Source: a virus. From it: DNA of 64,000 bases. The stretch lies in IMG/VR virus record IMGVR_UViG_3300008261_003175, one strand, 5' to 3'. The position numbers were made by a program, and so were the translations under genes. Position 1 is the stretch's first letter. The number at the start of each line of letters is the position of its first letter. The notes below the pieces were generated by a model. It was not told the origin of the DNA and made no database searches. It was given only the letters and a program-made list of their open reading frames with translations. Below, piece after piece: positions 10,052 through 19,604 of this stretch.

Positions 10052-11134
10052 ATGAATATAAAAGTTGCGTTAACGTACGACGACATTCAACTCGTTCCAA
10101 AATACAGCAAAATAACGAGTAGAAAAAATGTAAATCTCTGTACTCTCTTTACAAAGCGCTATGGTATAATCAGACCATTCGTCGCAGCACCGATGGATAC
10201 AGTATGTGAATCTGACATGGCCATTGAAATGATGCGTCAAGGCGGTGTGGGTGTCATACATAGATTTATGACTATTGAACAACAAGTTGAGTATGTAAAG
10301 AAAGCGCACGAATACAAAAACATGTCGATCAATAATGAACAAACAATGTATGAGAATTGGGGAGTTATGTATGACGATTGGCACGCAGAATTCAAAGACA
10401 TACCGGTGTGCGCAGCGGTTGGAGCCAACGGAGATTTTTATGAAAGATCTAAAGCGTTAATCGAAGCGGGAGCAAATGTTATTCTCATAGATGTGGCACA
10501 CGGTCATCACGAAAATGTAAAGTCGGCGATTCAAAAAGTAAAAAGCATTAATTCACGAGTTGATGTTATCGCAGGAAACATTGCAACCGCGGATGCAGCA
10601 GACGATCTTATCGAGTGGGGTGCTGATGCTCTACGTGTGGGTGTGGGTGGAGGATCTCTGTGTACAACGCGTATCAAGACTGGATTTGGTGTGCCTAACG
10701 TAACGTGTTTAAATGAGATTTGCGCTGTGTCAACAATACCTGTTATTGCAGATGGAGGAATCAGAACGAGCGGAGACATCGCAAAGGCCATAGCTCTCGG
10801 AGCAGACACAGTGATGTTGGGATCTATATTAGCCGGAACAGAAGAAGCTCCTGGATCCATCATAGAAAAACCTAATGGCTTATATAAAAGATATAGAGGC
10901 GCTGCATCACTTGAAACTAAGATGACTCATGGACAAGAAGCAAGAAATGTAGAAGGCGAGAGCACAGTTATACCGTACAAAGGCGGAGTTAAGTATATTA
11001 TTGAATCAGTAACAGACGGATTAAGATCGGCGTTCTCATACGCAGGTGCTAAGAGCTTTAGAGAGTATAAACCAGAAATTGTACAAGTGACAGGAGCAGG
11101 TCAAAATGAAGCTAAACCGCACCTAATAAAATAA
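10052..11134 (+). CDS. guaB: IMP dehydrogenase / GMP reductase family, no CBS domains
   Basis: LTYDD, APMDTV, IDVAHGH, GVGGGSLCTTR (catalytic Cys) and IADGGI. IMPDH vs GMPR is not resolved. Confidence 0.85.
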   Translation: MNIKVALTYDDIQLVPKYSKITSRKNVNLCTLFTKRYGIIRPFVAAPMDTVCESDMAIEMMRQGGVGVIHRFMTIEQQVEYVKKAHEYKNMSINNEQTMYENWGVMYDDWHAEFKDIPVCAAVGANGDFYERSKALIEAGANVILIDVAHGHHENVKSAIQKVKSINSRVDVIAGNIATADAADDLIEWGADALRVGVGGGSLCTTRIKTGFGVPNVTCLNEICAVSTIPVIADGGIRTSGDIAKAIALGADTVMLGSILAGTEEAPGSIIEKPNGLYKRYRGAASLETKMTHGQEARNVEGESTVIPYKGGVKYIIESVTDGLRSAFSYAGAKSFREYKPEIVQVTGAGQNEAKPHLIK

Positions 11135-11136
11135 CA

Positions 11137-11346
11137 ATGAAATTCATAACGCTAACAAAGACACACGCAGCAGAAATAGCAGTCAATACGATGATGATAG
11201 TTGCTTTGGAACCGACACCAACAGGCACAACAGTGCATGTAATGGGACACTCTTCATTCTCAGTAAAGGAAAGTATAACAGAGATTCAAGACAAGATCAG
11301 AGCATCAGAAGGCTATGCAATAATAAACCACGACCCAAAAAAATAA
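11137..11346 (+). CDS. FlbD-like small protein
   Basis: I.LT...VN...I...E.TP.T......F.VKES..EI pattern. Confidence 0.55.
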   Translation: MKFITLTKTHAAEIAVNTMMIVALEPTPTGTTVHVMGHSSFSVKESITEIQDKIRASEGYAIINHDPKK

Positions 11347-11351
11347 ACGTT

Positions 11352-11666
11352 ATGATAGATAAACATTCACAAACCGAAGCGCGCGCGAACGAAAGTGTCC
11401 CGGCCCCAGGCGAGCCCGCAAGCGAGCTACGCCGTGTCCGAAGGGCAAAAAACCACCACGTCAAAGCGCAGAATTGGGAACTAGCGGCCGCATACAGAGA
11501 AGTAGAGAAGCTGTTGCAAGACCGAGAACCGAAATGCGCCAACTGCAAATACCTGTTTAGTGCTATAGGAGCGGGTCAGGGACTGATCTGCGAGTTGAAC
11601 AGGTGTCGCATACCCCACTCGGAACACAGCTGTCAGTACCATTGGTACCAACCAAAAACCAAATAA
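11352..11666 (+). CDS. Hypothetical protein with UvrB/C-like helical motif and Cys cluster
   Basis: AQNWELAAAYREVEK and CANC...C...C. Confidence 0.5.
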   Translation: MIDKHSQTEARANESVPAPGEPASELRRVRRAKNHHVKAQNWELAAAYREVEKLLQDREPKCANCKYLFSAIGAGQGLICELNRCRIPHSEHSCQYHWYQPKTK

Positions 11667-11677
11667 AAACAAATAAT

Positions 11678-12013
11678 ATGAGCGCAAAGAAAGTAACGCT
11701 AGACAAGATCGAATACGATTTCATGGAGCAGGAACTCAAAGACTTGAGAGCAATAGTCAACAGCAGAACTGTACTTCAGATAGTAGAACCGCGTTGTAGT
11801 TGGCACGTCAGTTTCGCCGCAGCAGACGGCACACGAATCAAATACATACTAGGAACCGATAGTGATGAGCGCACCATAAAAGTGTTGGCAGATCAAATTG
11901 AGTACTTAAACAACAAGTTGGCAAAGGCAGAACAGGATTTGCGTGACAAGTCATACGAGATAAAAAGATTGAACAAACAGACTTGGTATCAAAAACTATT
12001 CAGCAGAAATTAA
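11678..12013 (+). CDS. Coiled-coil hypothetical protein
   Basis: ATG at 11678 after an A-rich leader preferred over 11603. Confidence 0.6.
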   Translation: MSAKKVTLDKIEYDFMEQELKDLRAIVNSRTVLQIVEPRCSWHVSFAAADGTRIKYILGTDSDERTIKVLADQIEYLNNKLAKAEQDLRDKSYEIKRLNKQTWYQKLFSRN

Positions 12014-12038
12014 AACATTAAACGTATAATATATGAAA
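12011..12038 (+). repeat. 28-bp direct repeat at gene junction, copy 1
   Basis: TAAAACATTAAACGTATAATATATGAAA is identical at 12597-12624, with a variant at 12789. Confidence 0.9.
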
Positions 12039-12599
12039 TCAGCATTAGCAGAAAAATTAATGAGCATATGCTCACCAGACAAAGATCTATCAAATGATCA
12101 CAATCCAGATAAAATATTTGGCATTGACAACTTAACAGATGAGCAACGTACTCAGGTAGAAGAAGAGTTGATCAAACATTTTGGATTTGAAAGGATTGTG
12201 TGGATGGATTTACCATCAGGCCTAACAGAAGATGGTAATCCTATAGTAGCCGAAACAATTAAAATACACGATACGGACAATCCAGACTATGCAGGTAGAG
12301 TAGGATACATATATAAAGTATTATTTACTCCGCTAGTATACGATCCAAACAGTCTTCATCAACCAATAAAAGATGGTTGTGTAATAACACCAGTGATTTA
12401 TAATCCAATATCATTCTTACCAAAAAGAAGTGTTACGATTGAATGGTCGCCAGAGTTTCCACAAGATATAGATAATCCTGTAACTTGGGAAGATCAAAAG
12501 AAAATGCTACACGATAAATTAGAAACTATATTAGAGAATCCAGACTTATTCTTACCGGAAGGGTATAGAGCATGTTTAGTAAGGTTCGCAGCAGTATAA
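12033..12599 (+). CDS. Hypothetical protein flanked by 28-bp direct repeats
   Basis: ORF track and flanking repeats. Confidence 0.7.
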   Translation: MKSALAEKLMSICSPDKDLSNDHNPDKIFGIDNLTDEQRTQVEEELIKHFGFERIVWMDLPSGLTEDGNPIVAETIKIHDTDNPDYAGRVGYIYKVLFTPLVYDPNSLHQPIKDGCVITPVIYNPISFLPKRSVTIEWSPEFPQDIDNPVTWEDQKKMLHDKLETILENPDLFLPEGYRACLVRFAAV

Positions 12600-12624
12600 A
12601 ACATTAAACGTATAATATATGAAA
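12597..12624 (+). repeat. 28-bp direct repeat, copy 2
   Basis: Identical to 12011-12038. Confidence 0.9.
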
Positions 12625-12807
12625 AGAATACCAACACTAATTGTAAAATGGCTTGCTAATAAATTAGGATATAAAATTGCAATGCTCAAAGCCGCAAAGG
12701 GAACAACAACAATTGAGGGTGATAAAGAATTACTTCGATATGTAGACATAACGGGATATTTCTTTAAAAAAGAACCGCTTAAACGAAATAAAACATTAAA
12801 CGCATAG
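12619..12807 (+). CDS. Hypothetical protein
   Basis: Starts within repeat copy 2. Confidence 0.6.
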   Translation: MKRIPTLIVKWLANKLGYKIAMLKAAKGTTTIEGDKELLRYVDITGYFFKKEPLKRNKTLNA

Positions 12808-12808
12808 C

Positions 12809-12991
12809 ATGAAACTAGTAATAAAGACCAGAGACATAGAGCTAGAGTACCAAGACGAGTACGCTATGTTAGAGACTCAAGCCAAGGACAGGATAGAGAG
12901 CCTCTTAAAGACCATATACTCGTCGCAATCGACTTACATCGCCTCTGCTCCGATAGTGGGGACAGTAGAAGAAATATTTAAAAAGAAATAA
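12809..12991 (+). CDS. Hypothetical protein
   Basis: Tightly packed ORF. Confidence 0.55.
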   Translation: MKLVIKTRDIELEYQDEYAMLETQAKDRIESLLKTIYSSQSTYIASAPIVGTVEEIFKKK

Positions 12992-12992
12992 C

Positions 12993-13403
12993 ATGACAGC
13001 GCTACAAGAACTAATAGAGTGGATGCGAGAGCAAAGTAAAGTTATACCATTCAACCAAGAAGATTGCTACGACAAAGCAGTAGCACTACTAACAAAGGAA
13101 AAGCAACAGATAATAGATGCAGCAGAAAGATGGAAAGGAACAGATTTTGCAGAAAAGTATTATGCTGAAACTTATGGAAGTAAGGGAAGTGATGACCATA
13201 TTGTTGACACCAACGAAATGGTATCTTCCCAAACAGAAATATCAGATGAGGATATAGAGAAAGCAGTTAACGAATATGCAAATGTTTATCAATGTCCGTC
13301 TGAAGTAAAAATGTGTAAGCATGATATTATATCTGCTTGGAAATTAGCAATTGAATGGTATAGAGAACAGTTAAAGAAACAAACACAAATAGGACAGGGA
13401 TAA
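12993..13403 (+). CDS. Modular small protein (TA..L...EKQQI.DA...YY.ETY family)
   Basis: Shares modules with 16854-17462 and 18273-18785. Confidence 0.65.
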   Translation: MTALQELIEWMREQSKVIPFNQEDCYDKAVALLTKEKQQIIDAAERWKGTDFAEKYYAETYGSKGSDDHIVDTNEMVSSQTEISDEDIEKAVNEYANVYQCPSEVKMCKHDIISAWKLAIEWYREQLKKQTQIGQG

Positions 13404-13439
13404 TAATAATAATAACAGGCAGAATAAATAATAATCCAG

Positions 13440-13637
13440 ATGGACCAGAAACAGCAAACGCAAACAAAGCAGTACAGAATAAGAATCCTAACGCAGTGCG
13501 GATCTACCCAACAGTGGCAAACGGAAACGTTAGACAACGTAAGCTACTTCGGATACGACAAACGCTTCTACATGTTCGTAGCCAACGACAAGAAAGCCTA
13601 CTACCCGATGGACAACACAATAGTAGAAGAACTCTAA
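13440..13637 (+). CDS. Hypothetical protein
   Basis: Plausible ORF after tandem stop codons. Confidence 0.5.
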   Translation: MDQKQQTQTKQYRIRILTQCGSTQQWQTETLDNVSYFGYDKRFYMFVANDKKAYYPMDNTIVEEL

Positions 13638-13941
13638 CCACGCTTCATGGCAATCGAACAAAGCCCCACTGGAAACGAATACGCAAAGCAGACAAACGCC
13701 AATCAATACAATCGCAGGGCGAAGCCACCTCTGGTACAGAGCCGTATCTCCACCGCGTCGCACCACGGCACACCCATCACAAATGGCATAAAAATATCTC
13801 CGTATTTATAAGATAACATAGCAAAAGCATCACACCACAGCCATCAGCTCCCAAACAGCACGGTCAAAATAAGCAAAAAACATAATATGCAACTGCTTGG
13901 ATCCCAATGGGGATCATATCACCCAAATCCAAGCCTGTCCC

Positions 13942-14023
13942 TAACTCGTTGGTTGCCAATAAAAACTTTTGAAAATAGTTGCTAAATTATTTTTTTAAGT
14001 CAAAAAGCTGTCGTATATTTACC
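13942..14023 (+). promoter_or_regulatory. Putative early promoter element, copy 1
   Basis: Collinear similarity to 23955-24037; ends in GTATATTTACC, reminiscent of the Bacteroidota -7 TAnnTTTG box. Confidence 0.5.
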
Positions 14024-14076
14024 TTGTATCAGTCAAACAGCTGCTACCTAGACATCAAAACCAAAAAAATTATAAT

Positions 14077-14376
14077 ATGACACAAAGCACTACTACCAAC
14101 GGTTACACACTAACAACGATGAATTCTACGGACGTTTACAACTACATGAAACGTATGACCCGTATGCATTCTAAGTTTGCTATCAAAGACAACATCGACT
14201 GTTTAGCAGAAGCCCTTATCATTAGTTACGGTGACGATAACGATGTGATCAAAGCAGAGCTTAAGAGCATTCTTATCCGTCCAGGATATATGACAGATAT
14301 GGACTTCAGAGAAATGGAATGCTGTGTTTCAACTCAGATGAGTTTCGTTCCAGATTATGAAGCACACTGCGACTAA
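14077..14376 (+). CDS. Early hypothetical protein
   Basis: First ORF after the putative promoter. Confidence 0.6.
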   Translation: MTQSTTTNGYTLTTMNSTDVYNYMKRMTRMHSKFAIKDNIDCLAEALIISYGDDNDVIKAELKSILIRPGYMTDMDFREMECCVSTQMSFVPDYEAHCD

Positions 14377-14464
14377 GCCGCTCTCCCCACGGGTATATCA
14401 AAATACGGATACCCGCCAGAATGCAACCCAATCTTATTTTACAATACTAAACAAAATAAAAGTT

Positions 14465-15358
14465 ATGAACAACAACATCGTACTTACCGCCCTTCAATCT
14501 CAATTAGAAACTATTAGAACCTCTGCCGTTGAGCACGAGCAGAACGTGTACGAGCCAGCTGTGGCAAAGCTTACGGACAAGATCAAGAAGTATTTCGAGA
14601 CGTACATCGTTGAGGGTCTGCACAACATCATTGTAACGAGCGACTGCATTAGAATCTTCCCCTCTGACATCGAAACTTACGGCAACGATATCACGATCTA
14701 TTACCGTAGCAGCTGGCAGAAAGAGAACGGTTATTTCGAGACCAGCTCTTATCGTCCGGATCTGGACAGCAGAGAGAGCAACGATATCACTATCAAGTAC
14801 TACAAAGCTATGTCTGCAATAGCTTCTGCTTTCACTCTGATCTGCAACGAGTACAAGACCAAGTGGATGCCTGTCTTCGACAAGCTCAAGGCTGCCAAAG
14901 AACAGAAGTACTCAGAGATCTACAGCATCGAGCGTGAGATCAGAAGGGTAGAGAACGAGATCGCTGAGACAGCTAAGCAAGCTTATTGCCAGTCTGGCTT
15001 TGAGTGTACGCTCAAGCCTTACGCTAACTACGAGTCAAACTACGACAACAACGAGACTGCGTATACGAAGAAGTTCACGGAGCACAACATCAGATTGCTA
15101 TACGGTCGTGGCAGATGGGACTATTACTACATCAACAGCTTCAAGGTTATCTCTTTCCCTAAAGCCAAGCACGGTAAAGTAGTATTGGAATACAAACAAG
15201 GCGGTACATCTGACGATAAGAAGCATACTGTTGAGGTGAACAAGACGCGTTACGCTGAGTTCGTTACCGAAGTATATCATTGGCAGACAAGTAGAGCCGA
15301 AGAGAGAGAAGCTGACATCGACGAGAGAATAACTAGATGGAGCAAGGCTGACGCCTAA
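14465..15358 (+). CDS. Early coiled-coil-containing hypothetical protein
   Basis: AAATAAAAGTTATG start at 14465; strong C-ending codon bias. Confidence 0.75.
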   Translation: MNNNIVLTALQSQLETIRTSAVEHEQNVYEPAVAKLTDKIKKYFETYIVEGLHNIIVTSDCIRIFPSDIETYGNDITIYYRSSWQKENGYFETSSYRPDLDSRESNDITIKYYKAMSAIASAFTLICNEYKTKWMPVFDKLKAAKEQKYSEIYSIEREIRRVENEIAETAKQAYCQSGFECTLKPYANYESNYDNNETAYTKKFTEHNIRLLYGRGRWDYYYINSFKVISFPKAKHGKVVLEYKQGGTSDDKKHTVEVNKTRYAEFVTEVYHWQTSRAEEREADIDERITRWSKADA

Positions 15359-15467
15359 TATGTAAGAAACCTTATATATAATCCAAGTATATCCGTACTA
15401 CTTGAAACTATTACCACATACTATAACCAGAATCAATTACATTTAACCTAATAAAACAATAAAAGTT

Positions 15468-16292
15468 ATGACAAACAAAGCAACAGCCTTCAAAGCAGGC
15501 AACATCAATTCAATCTCATTAGAAGTAGCAAGACAGAATGCACCAGCCATCTTCGCTACAGAGCCCGCATCGTACATCAATCAGAACAGGTATCACTTTA
15601 CTCCTACATTCGAGATCATCGATATGATGCAGGACATGGGCTACTTGCTTACCGCTGCCAAGCAGAGCAAGACCAAGATACCTCTACGCAGAGACCACGG
15701 AGTGCACATCGTAGAGTTTCAACACCCCGACCTGTACGTTAAAGAGAACGGCAGCAACGAAGTAGAAGCCAGACCCACCATCGTTATGGTTAACAGTTCG
15801 GATGGTAGCAGACCGTTCGACTTTCAAATGGGCATGTTCAGGTTGGTATGCAGCAACGGCTTGATCGTTAAAGACAAGGATCTAGGTGGATTCAAAGAGA
15901 GACACACCAAATACAACTTCGCAGATCTAAAGAGCCTGATCAGTCAGAAGGTAGACAGCTTGCCTAAGACCATAGACAAGATAAATACCTGGAATGGCAT
16001 AGAGATGACGGCTAAAGATAGATTTGCATTCGCTACAGAAGCTCTAGCATTAAGATTATCTAGCGATAGAAAGCCAGAAGAGTACGAGATCAGAGACATC
16101 CTATCTCCAAAAAGATCTGCTGACAAACACAACAACCTTTGGTGCACCTACAACGTAGTACAGGAGAACCTGATCAAAGGCGGCTTCCAATTGAACGAGA
16201 GACAGGCTAGGCCTATCACCAACCCTTGGCAGGACTTGGAATTGAACAAAGGCCTATGGGCTCTAGCTGAGAAGTTCGAGACGGCTAAGTAG
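15468..16292 (+). CDS. DUF932-family protein
   Basis: NSSDGS...F..GMFRLVCSNGL and LW..YNVVQENL.KGG...LNKGLW motifs. Confidence 0.85.
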   Translation: MTNKATAFKAGNINSISLEVARQNAPAIFATEPASYINQNRYHFTPTFEIIDMMQDMGYLLTAAKQSKTKIPLRRDHGVHIVEFQHPDLYVKENGSNEVEARPTIVMVNSSDGSRPFDFQMGMFRLVCSNGLIVKDKDLGGFKERHTKYNFADLKSLISQKVDSLPKTIDKINTWNGIEMTAKDRFAFATEALALRLSSDRKPEEYEIRDILSPKRSADKHNNLWCTYNVVQENLIKGGFQLNERQARPITNPWQDLELNKGLWALAEKFETAK

Positions 16293-16430
16293 TATTAGTG
16301 GCTAGCTAGCGTGGAATTGCACTGCGCTAGCACCCTACTAGCACGGCGCCAAAGCACTAATATTCGGAGACAGCGCTTTGCTAGCGGTAGGGGGCCCGTT
16401 GATCCGTCCCACACACAGGGAAATTTTCAA
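16291..16430 (+). other. GC-rich multi-stem structured element (candidate ncRNA or ssDNA signal)
   Basis: AGTATTAGTG/CACTAATATT and GCTAGCGTGG/CTGCGCTAGC stems; repeated CTAG. Confidence 0.45.
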
Positions 16431-16470
16431 ACTTAGTCAAAAAAATATTTACATAAATACAATGATTGAT

Positions 16471-16701
16471 ATGAAAAAACTAATGGCAATCTGTGTGCTC
16501 GCTTTGGTCGGCTGTTACAACGATCCGCAGTCCACGAACATGGAAGGCAACGGCGTAAAAGTAGAGCTGCTGTTCGTCAAAGACAGCATCAGGGTCTATC
16601 GCTTCTCGGACGGAGAGCGCTATCACTACTTCACAGATCGATTGGAGACGATCAGCACAGCGAACGAAGGCAAGACACAAATAGACGAAAACATAAAATA
16701 A
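16471..16701 (+). CDS. DUF4884-like lipoprotein
   Basis: Lipobox LVGC; V.LLF.KD...VYRF.D...YFT pattern. Confidence 0.65.
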   Translation: MKKLMAICVLALVGCYNDPQSTNMEGNGVKVELLFVKDSIRVYRFSDGERYHYFTDRLETISTANEGKTQIDENIK

Positions 16702-16714
16702 AACAGCAATCAGC

Positions 16715-16906
16715 ATGACAAACTACAAAATCGTATACGTGGCCTATACATGGACGGTTGTAGACGTTGCAACCAATGAGGGTATTGTTTGCTTCCCAAC
16801 TCAAATAGCAGCAGTTAATTGGATAGAAAAACAATCAAATAAAAAAATAAGTTATGACACAAACAGCAGTAGAATTACTAATAGAACAAATTACAAGCAC
16901 ATATAG
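16715..16906 (+). CDS. Hypothetical protein
   Basis: ORF track; overlaps the next gene. Confidence 0.45.
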   Translation: MTNYKIVYVAYTWTVVDVATNEGIVCFPTQIAAVNWIEKQSNKKISYDTNSSRITNRTNYKHI

Positions 16907-17462
16907 AATGCATTTACCTAATTGGGAATTTCCAAATAAAGAATATTTTATAGAAATGGAAAAGCAACAGATAGAAGATGCTTGGTATGCAGGTGATGAA
17001 GATGGACCTATACATGACTTTGAAGATTATTACAACGAAACTTATGCAAGTAAGGGAAGTGATGTTATGACACAAGAGCAACAGTATTCAGAAACACTAC
17101 AACGAGTTATGCAACACAACGCCATCAACGACCACTTGAAGTTGGTAAACGATTGCAAGGACAGAATGCCGGCTTTAGCTAACGAATTGGGAGCAGACAG
17201 TTACAAGGTGACTTGGTCGATAGAGGCAGAAGACGATACGATAGTGTATAACTGTTCGGTTGGCATTCAGATGCCTCACCATTGGATGGGCAGCTACGTC
17301 AGCGCATCGCATCCGTTCGAAAAGGCCGAAGCCGCTATCAGAGAGATGTACGCCAAGTACGCACAAGAAGCAGAAAAGAAACGACGCAGAACAGAAGAAG
17401 AGCGGATCAAGGCAGCACTATATGACGATTACTTGGCGCAGAAATCGAGTACTAAAGGCTAA
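16854..17462 (+). CDS. Modular hypothetical protein (TAVE/EKQQ module fused to a second domain)
   Basis: Shared modules; internal GTTATG after the first module. Confidence 0.65.
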   Translation: MTQTAVELLIEQITSTYRMHLPNWEFPNKEYFIEMEKQQIEDAWYAGDEDGPIHDFEDYYNETYASKGSDVMTQEQQYSETLQRVMQHNAINDHLKLVNDCKDRMPALANELGADSYKVTWSIEAEDDTIVYNCSVGIQMPHHWMGSYVSASHPFEKAEAAIREMYAKYAQEAEKKRRRTEEERIKAALYDDYLAQKSSTKG

Positions 17463-17533
17463 AAAGCACCGGGACCACCGGGAAGTTTTTCTTCCTGTCC
17501 AGAAAATAAATCTGTATATTTAACCTAAACAAC

Positions 17534-17830
17534 ATGAAACAGACAATCAAATCTCGCCTACTCGACTGGGTAGAATCACAAGACTCGGCCTCATTCACCG
17601 CAATTATCGAACAGGCTCACGATCTCAAACACGGAGTCGGCAGTTGGAGCAAGAATCCAAACCGTCGCGGCTGGTTCAGTGATGCTTTCACTGGCCAGTG
17701 GCGCTATGATAGACCAAACGATCAGCACCGCAGTTATCAAATCGGCTATATGGTCCGTCGCGGTGTGAAATCTGGTTGGCTGGAAAAGCAGCCAAACGGA
17801 CTCTACAAGACAGTTCGCTATAAATTATAA
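17534..17830 (+). CDS. Hypothetical protein, paralog of the internal domain of 24086-25210
   Basis: Shared HG.GS....RG....AF and G.L.K.PNGL motifs. Confidence 0.65.
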   Translation: MKQTIKSRLLDWVESQDSASFTAIIEQAHDLKHGVGSWSKNPNRRGWFSDAFTGQWRYDRPNDQHRSYQIGYMVRRGVKSGWLEKQPNGLYKTVRYKL

Positions 17831-17848
17831 ACCCAAATCAAACAAGTT

Positions 17849-18049
17849 ATGCAAGCAGAATTTATCCAAGAAGAACGCATCGACGGCACTGTCGTCTACT
17901 ACACGCGTGTTGATGGCTACTACGTATCGGACTCTCTCAGCTTTCACAAGGATCGGGCCGAACAGTACTACGCTCGCATCGCGGAAGAGGAGCTCATCAA
18001 AAAGGCTTTGTACGAAGACTACTTGGCACAAAAATCAAACACCAAATAA
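17849..18049 (+). CDS. Hypothetical protein
   Basis: GTTATG start; C-terminal KALYEDYLAQKS shared with 16854-17462. Confidence 0.6.
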   Translation: MQAEFIQEERIDGTVVYYTRVDGYYVSDSLSFHKDRAEQYYARIAEEELIKKALYEDYLAQKSNTK

Positions 18050-18272
18050 CACACGCATGAGTCCAGCAATAATTTTCGGTTGGTCGCTGCTTTTCGCAGC
18101 TGCCTATGAACAACGCACAGAAAAAGACGAGGACATACGCATAGCAGCGGTTACTGTACTCTCCAGCGTGGCGCTAGGCTGTTTCTTGGGCCACTTTTTA
18201 GACGCTGTTTTTGCATAACGCACCGGGGACGGGGATTAAATTTTTAATTTTTAAACGCATATATTTACAGAT

Positions 18273-18785
18273 ATGATATACAGACAGATACAAATCAACG
18301 ACACAGTCAAAGTTATCGATTCGGGAGAAGTCTACAGCGGCTATACTGAAATGTTCGCCCGAATGGGGTTCAAAGACACAACGGGCAACAAGCCTTTCGG
18401 TTACGGCACCGTAGCTACCGTATTCGCCATCGACACTCACCTCGAGCACCGCAACACGCTATACGCATTGGTGGACAGCGAGGGCCGGGAGTGTTTGATT
18501 TCGGAGCGAGGCATCGAGTTGGTTGAATACACAGCAGTGGATACGTCCACGATTGACAGGATTAATGACAGGCTCGCCAAAATAGAAAGTCAATTAGATA
18601 CATTGGCAAATCGATTAAACAAGCCAAAGAAGTCCCAAACAGCTGTGGAGTGGTTGATAGACGAGCTAAAGAGTTACGACTCCAACGACGGCAACGACTA
18701 CTACGACATCTGTGTATCTGTATCGAAGATGGTAGAGATCAAGACAAAAGCATTGGAAATGGAAAAACAACAAAATTCTAAATAG
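18273..18785 (+). CDS. Hypothetical protein with C-terminal TAVEWL...EMEKQQ module
   Basis: ORF track and shared module. Confidence 0.65.
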   Translation: MIYRQIQINDTVKVIDSGEVYSGYTEMFARMGFKDTTGNKPFGYGTVATVFAIDTHLEHRNTLYALVDSEGRECLISERGIELVEYTAVDTSTIDRINDRLAKIESQLDTLANRLNKPKKSQTAVEWLIDELKSYDSNDGNDYYDICVSVSKMVEIKTKALEMEKQQNSK

Positions 18786-18949
18786 TATGAGCAAGATCAG
18801 ATACACTTCGTACATAGATGGCACGCCCAAATATGTGTATTTCAAGAAGCGCAAGCACAGAAGTCGCAGACTCAGCATGAGGTATTTCATGTGGAAGGCC
18901 AAACAGTGGGCAATCGAACCGGGATTATTACACTAATTAAAACTATTAT

Positions 18950-19366
18950 ATGAGTACATTCAACATTGACTTTTACGAATTGGCTTTTCTAGCGGAAGCT
19001 TGCATTCCGCCAAGGCCGATTGCGAGATCTATGTTCTGGAACAATCTGACTAGCGTTTACTGGCACAAAATGAGTGACGCTGAGAGAGCTCACCTTTTCG
19101 ACTGGATGAACAAGAACGACTGCTACAAAGAGAGTCTGCTAAAGCAGAGCGATACGCAAGTTTTTCATGCTCGATTTGATCCAGATAATCAGTATATAGT
19201 TACCACCAATTGGAATGGCAGACTAGAAGAGCATCGAGTGTTTAAACAAACGGTCAGAGAATCCGATGGCGAATCAACGGAACGTTATTACACCGGCATC
19301 AATTCTCATATTGTGTCAGAGTACATAACATCGGTAAACAAATTCACGCCTAAAAGAGAATACTAG
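18950..19366 (+). CDS. Hypothetical protein
   Basis: ORF track. Confidence 0.65.
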   Translation: MSTFNIDFYELAFLAEACIPPRPIARSMFWNNLTSVYWHKMSDAERAHLFDWMNKNDCYKESLLKQSDTQVFHARFDPDNQYIVTTNWNGRLEEHRVFKQTVRESDGESTERYYTGINSHIVSEYITSVNKFTPKREY

Positions 19367-19367
19367 T

Positions 19368-19604
19368 ATGGAAAACAAACAAACGTGGCTCGCACGCAAA
19401 GCACAAGAACGAGCGCAGCACTACTACACAGAAGCCTATAAGCGCTGGGCGCTGGAGCTATCTCACGACAAGAACGTGACTATTGCCAAAGACATAGCAG
19501 TTTTCATTGTTAACGAGTTGTGGATCATGAGCGACGACGAGTTTTGGTCCTCTGTACGCAAGCTCATAATAGAAACCGGTCACACCGAACTTTACAAACC
19601 TTAA
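19368..19604 (+). CDS. Hypothetical protein
   Basis: Coupled ORF. Confidence 0.6.
   Translation: MENKQTWLARKAQERAQHYYTEAYKRWALELSHDKNVTIAKDIAVFIVNELWIMSDDEFWSSVRKLIIETGHTELYKP

Noticed and set aside
13401-13415. (TAA)5 microsatellite
   Set aside because: A simple tandem stop repeat with no further supporting structure.
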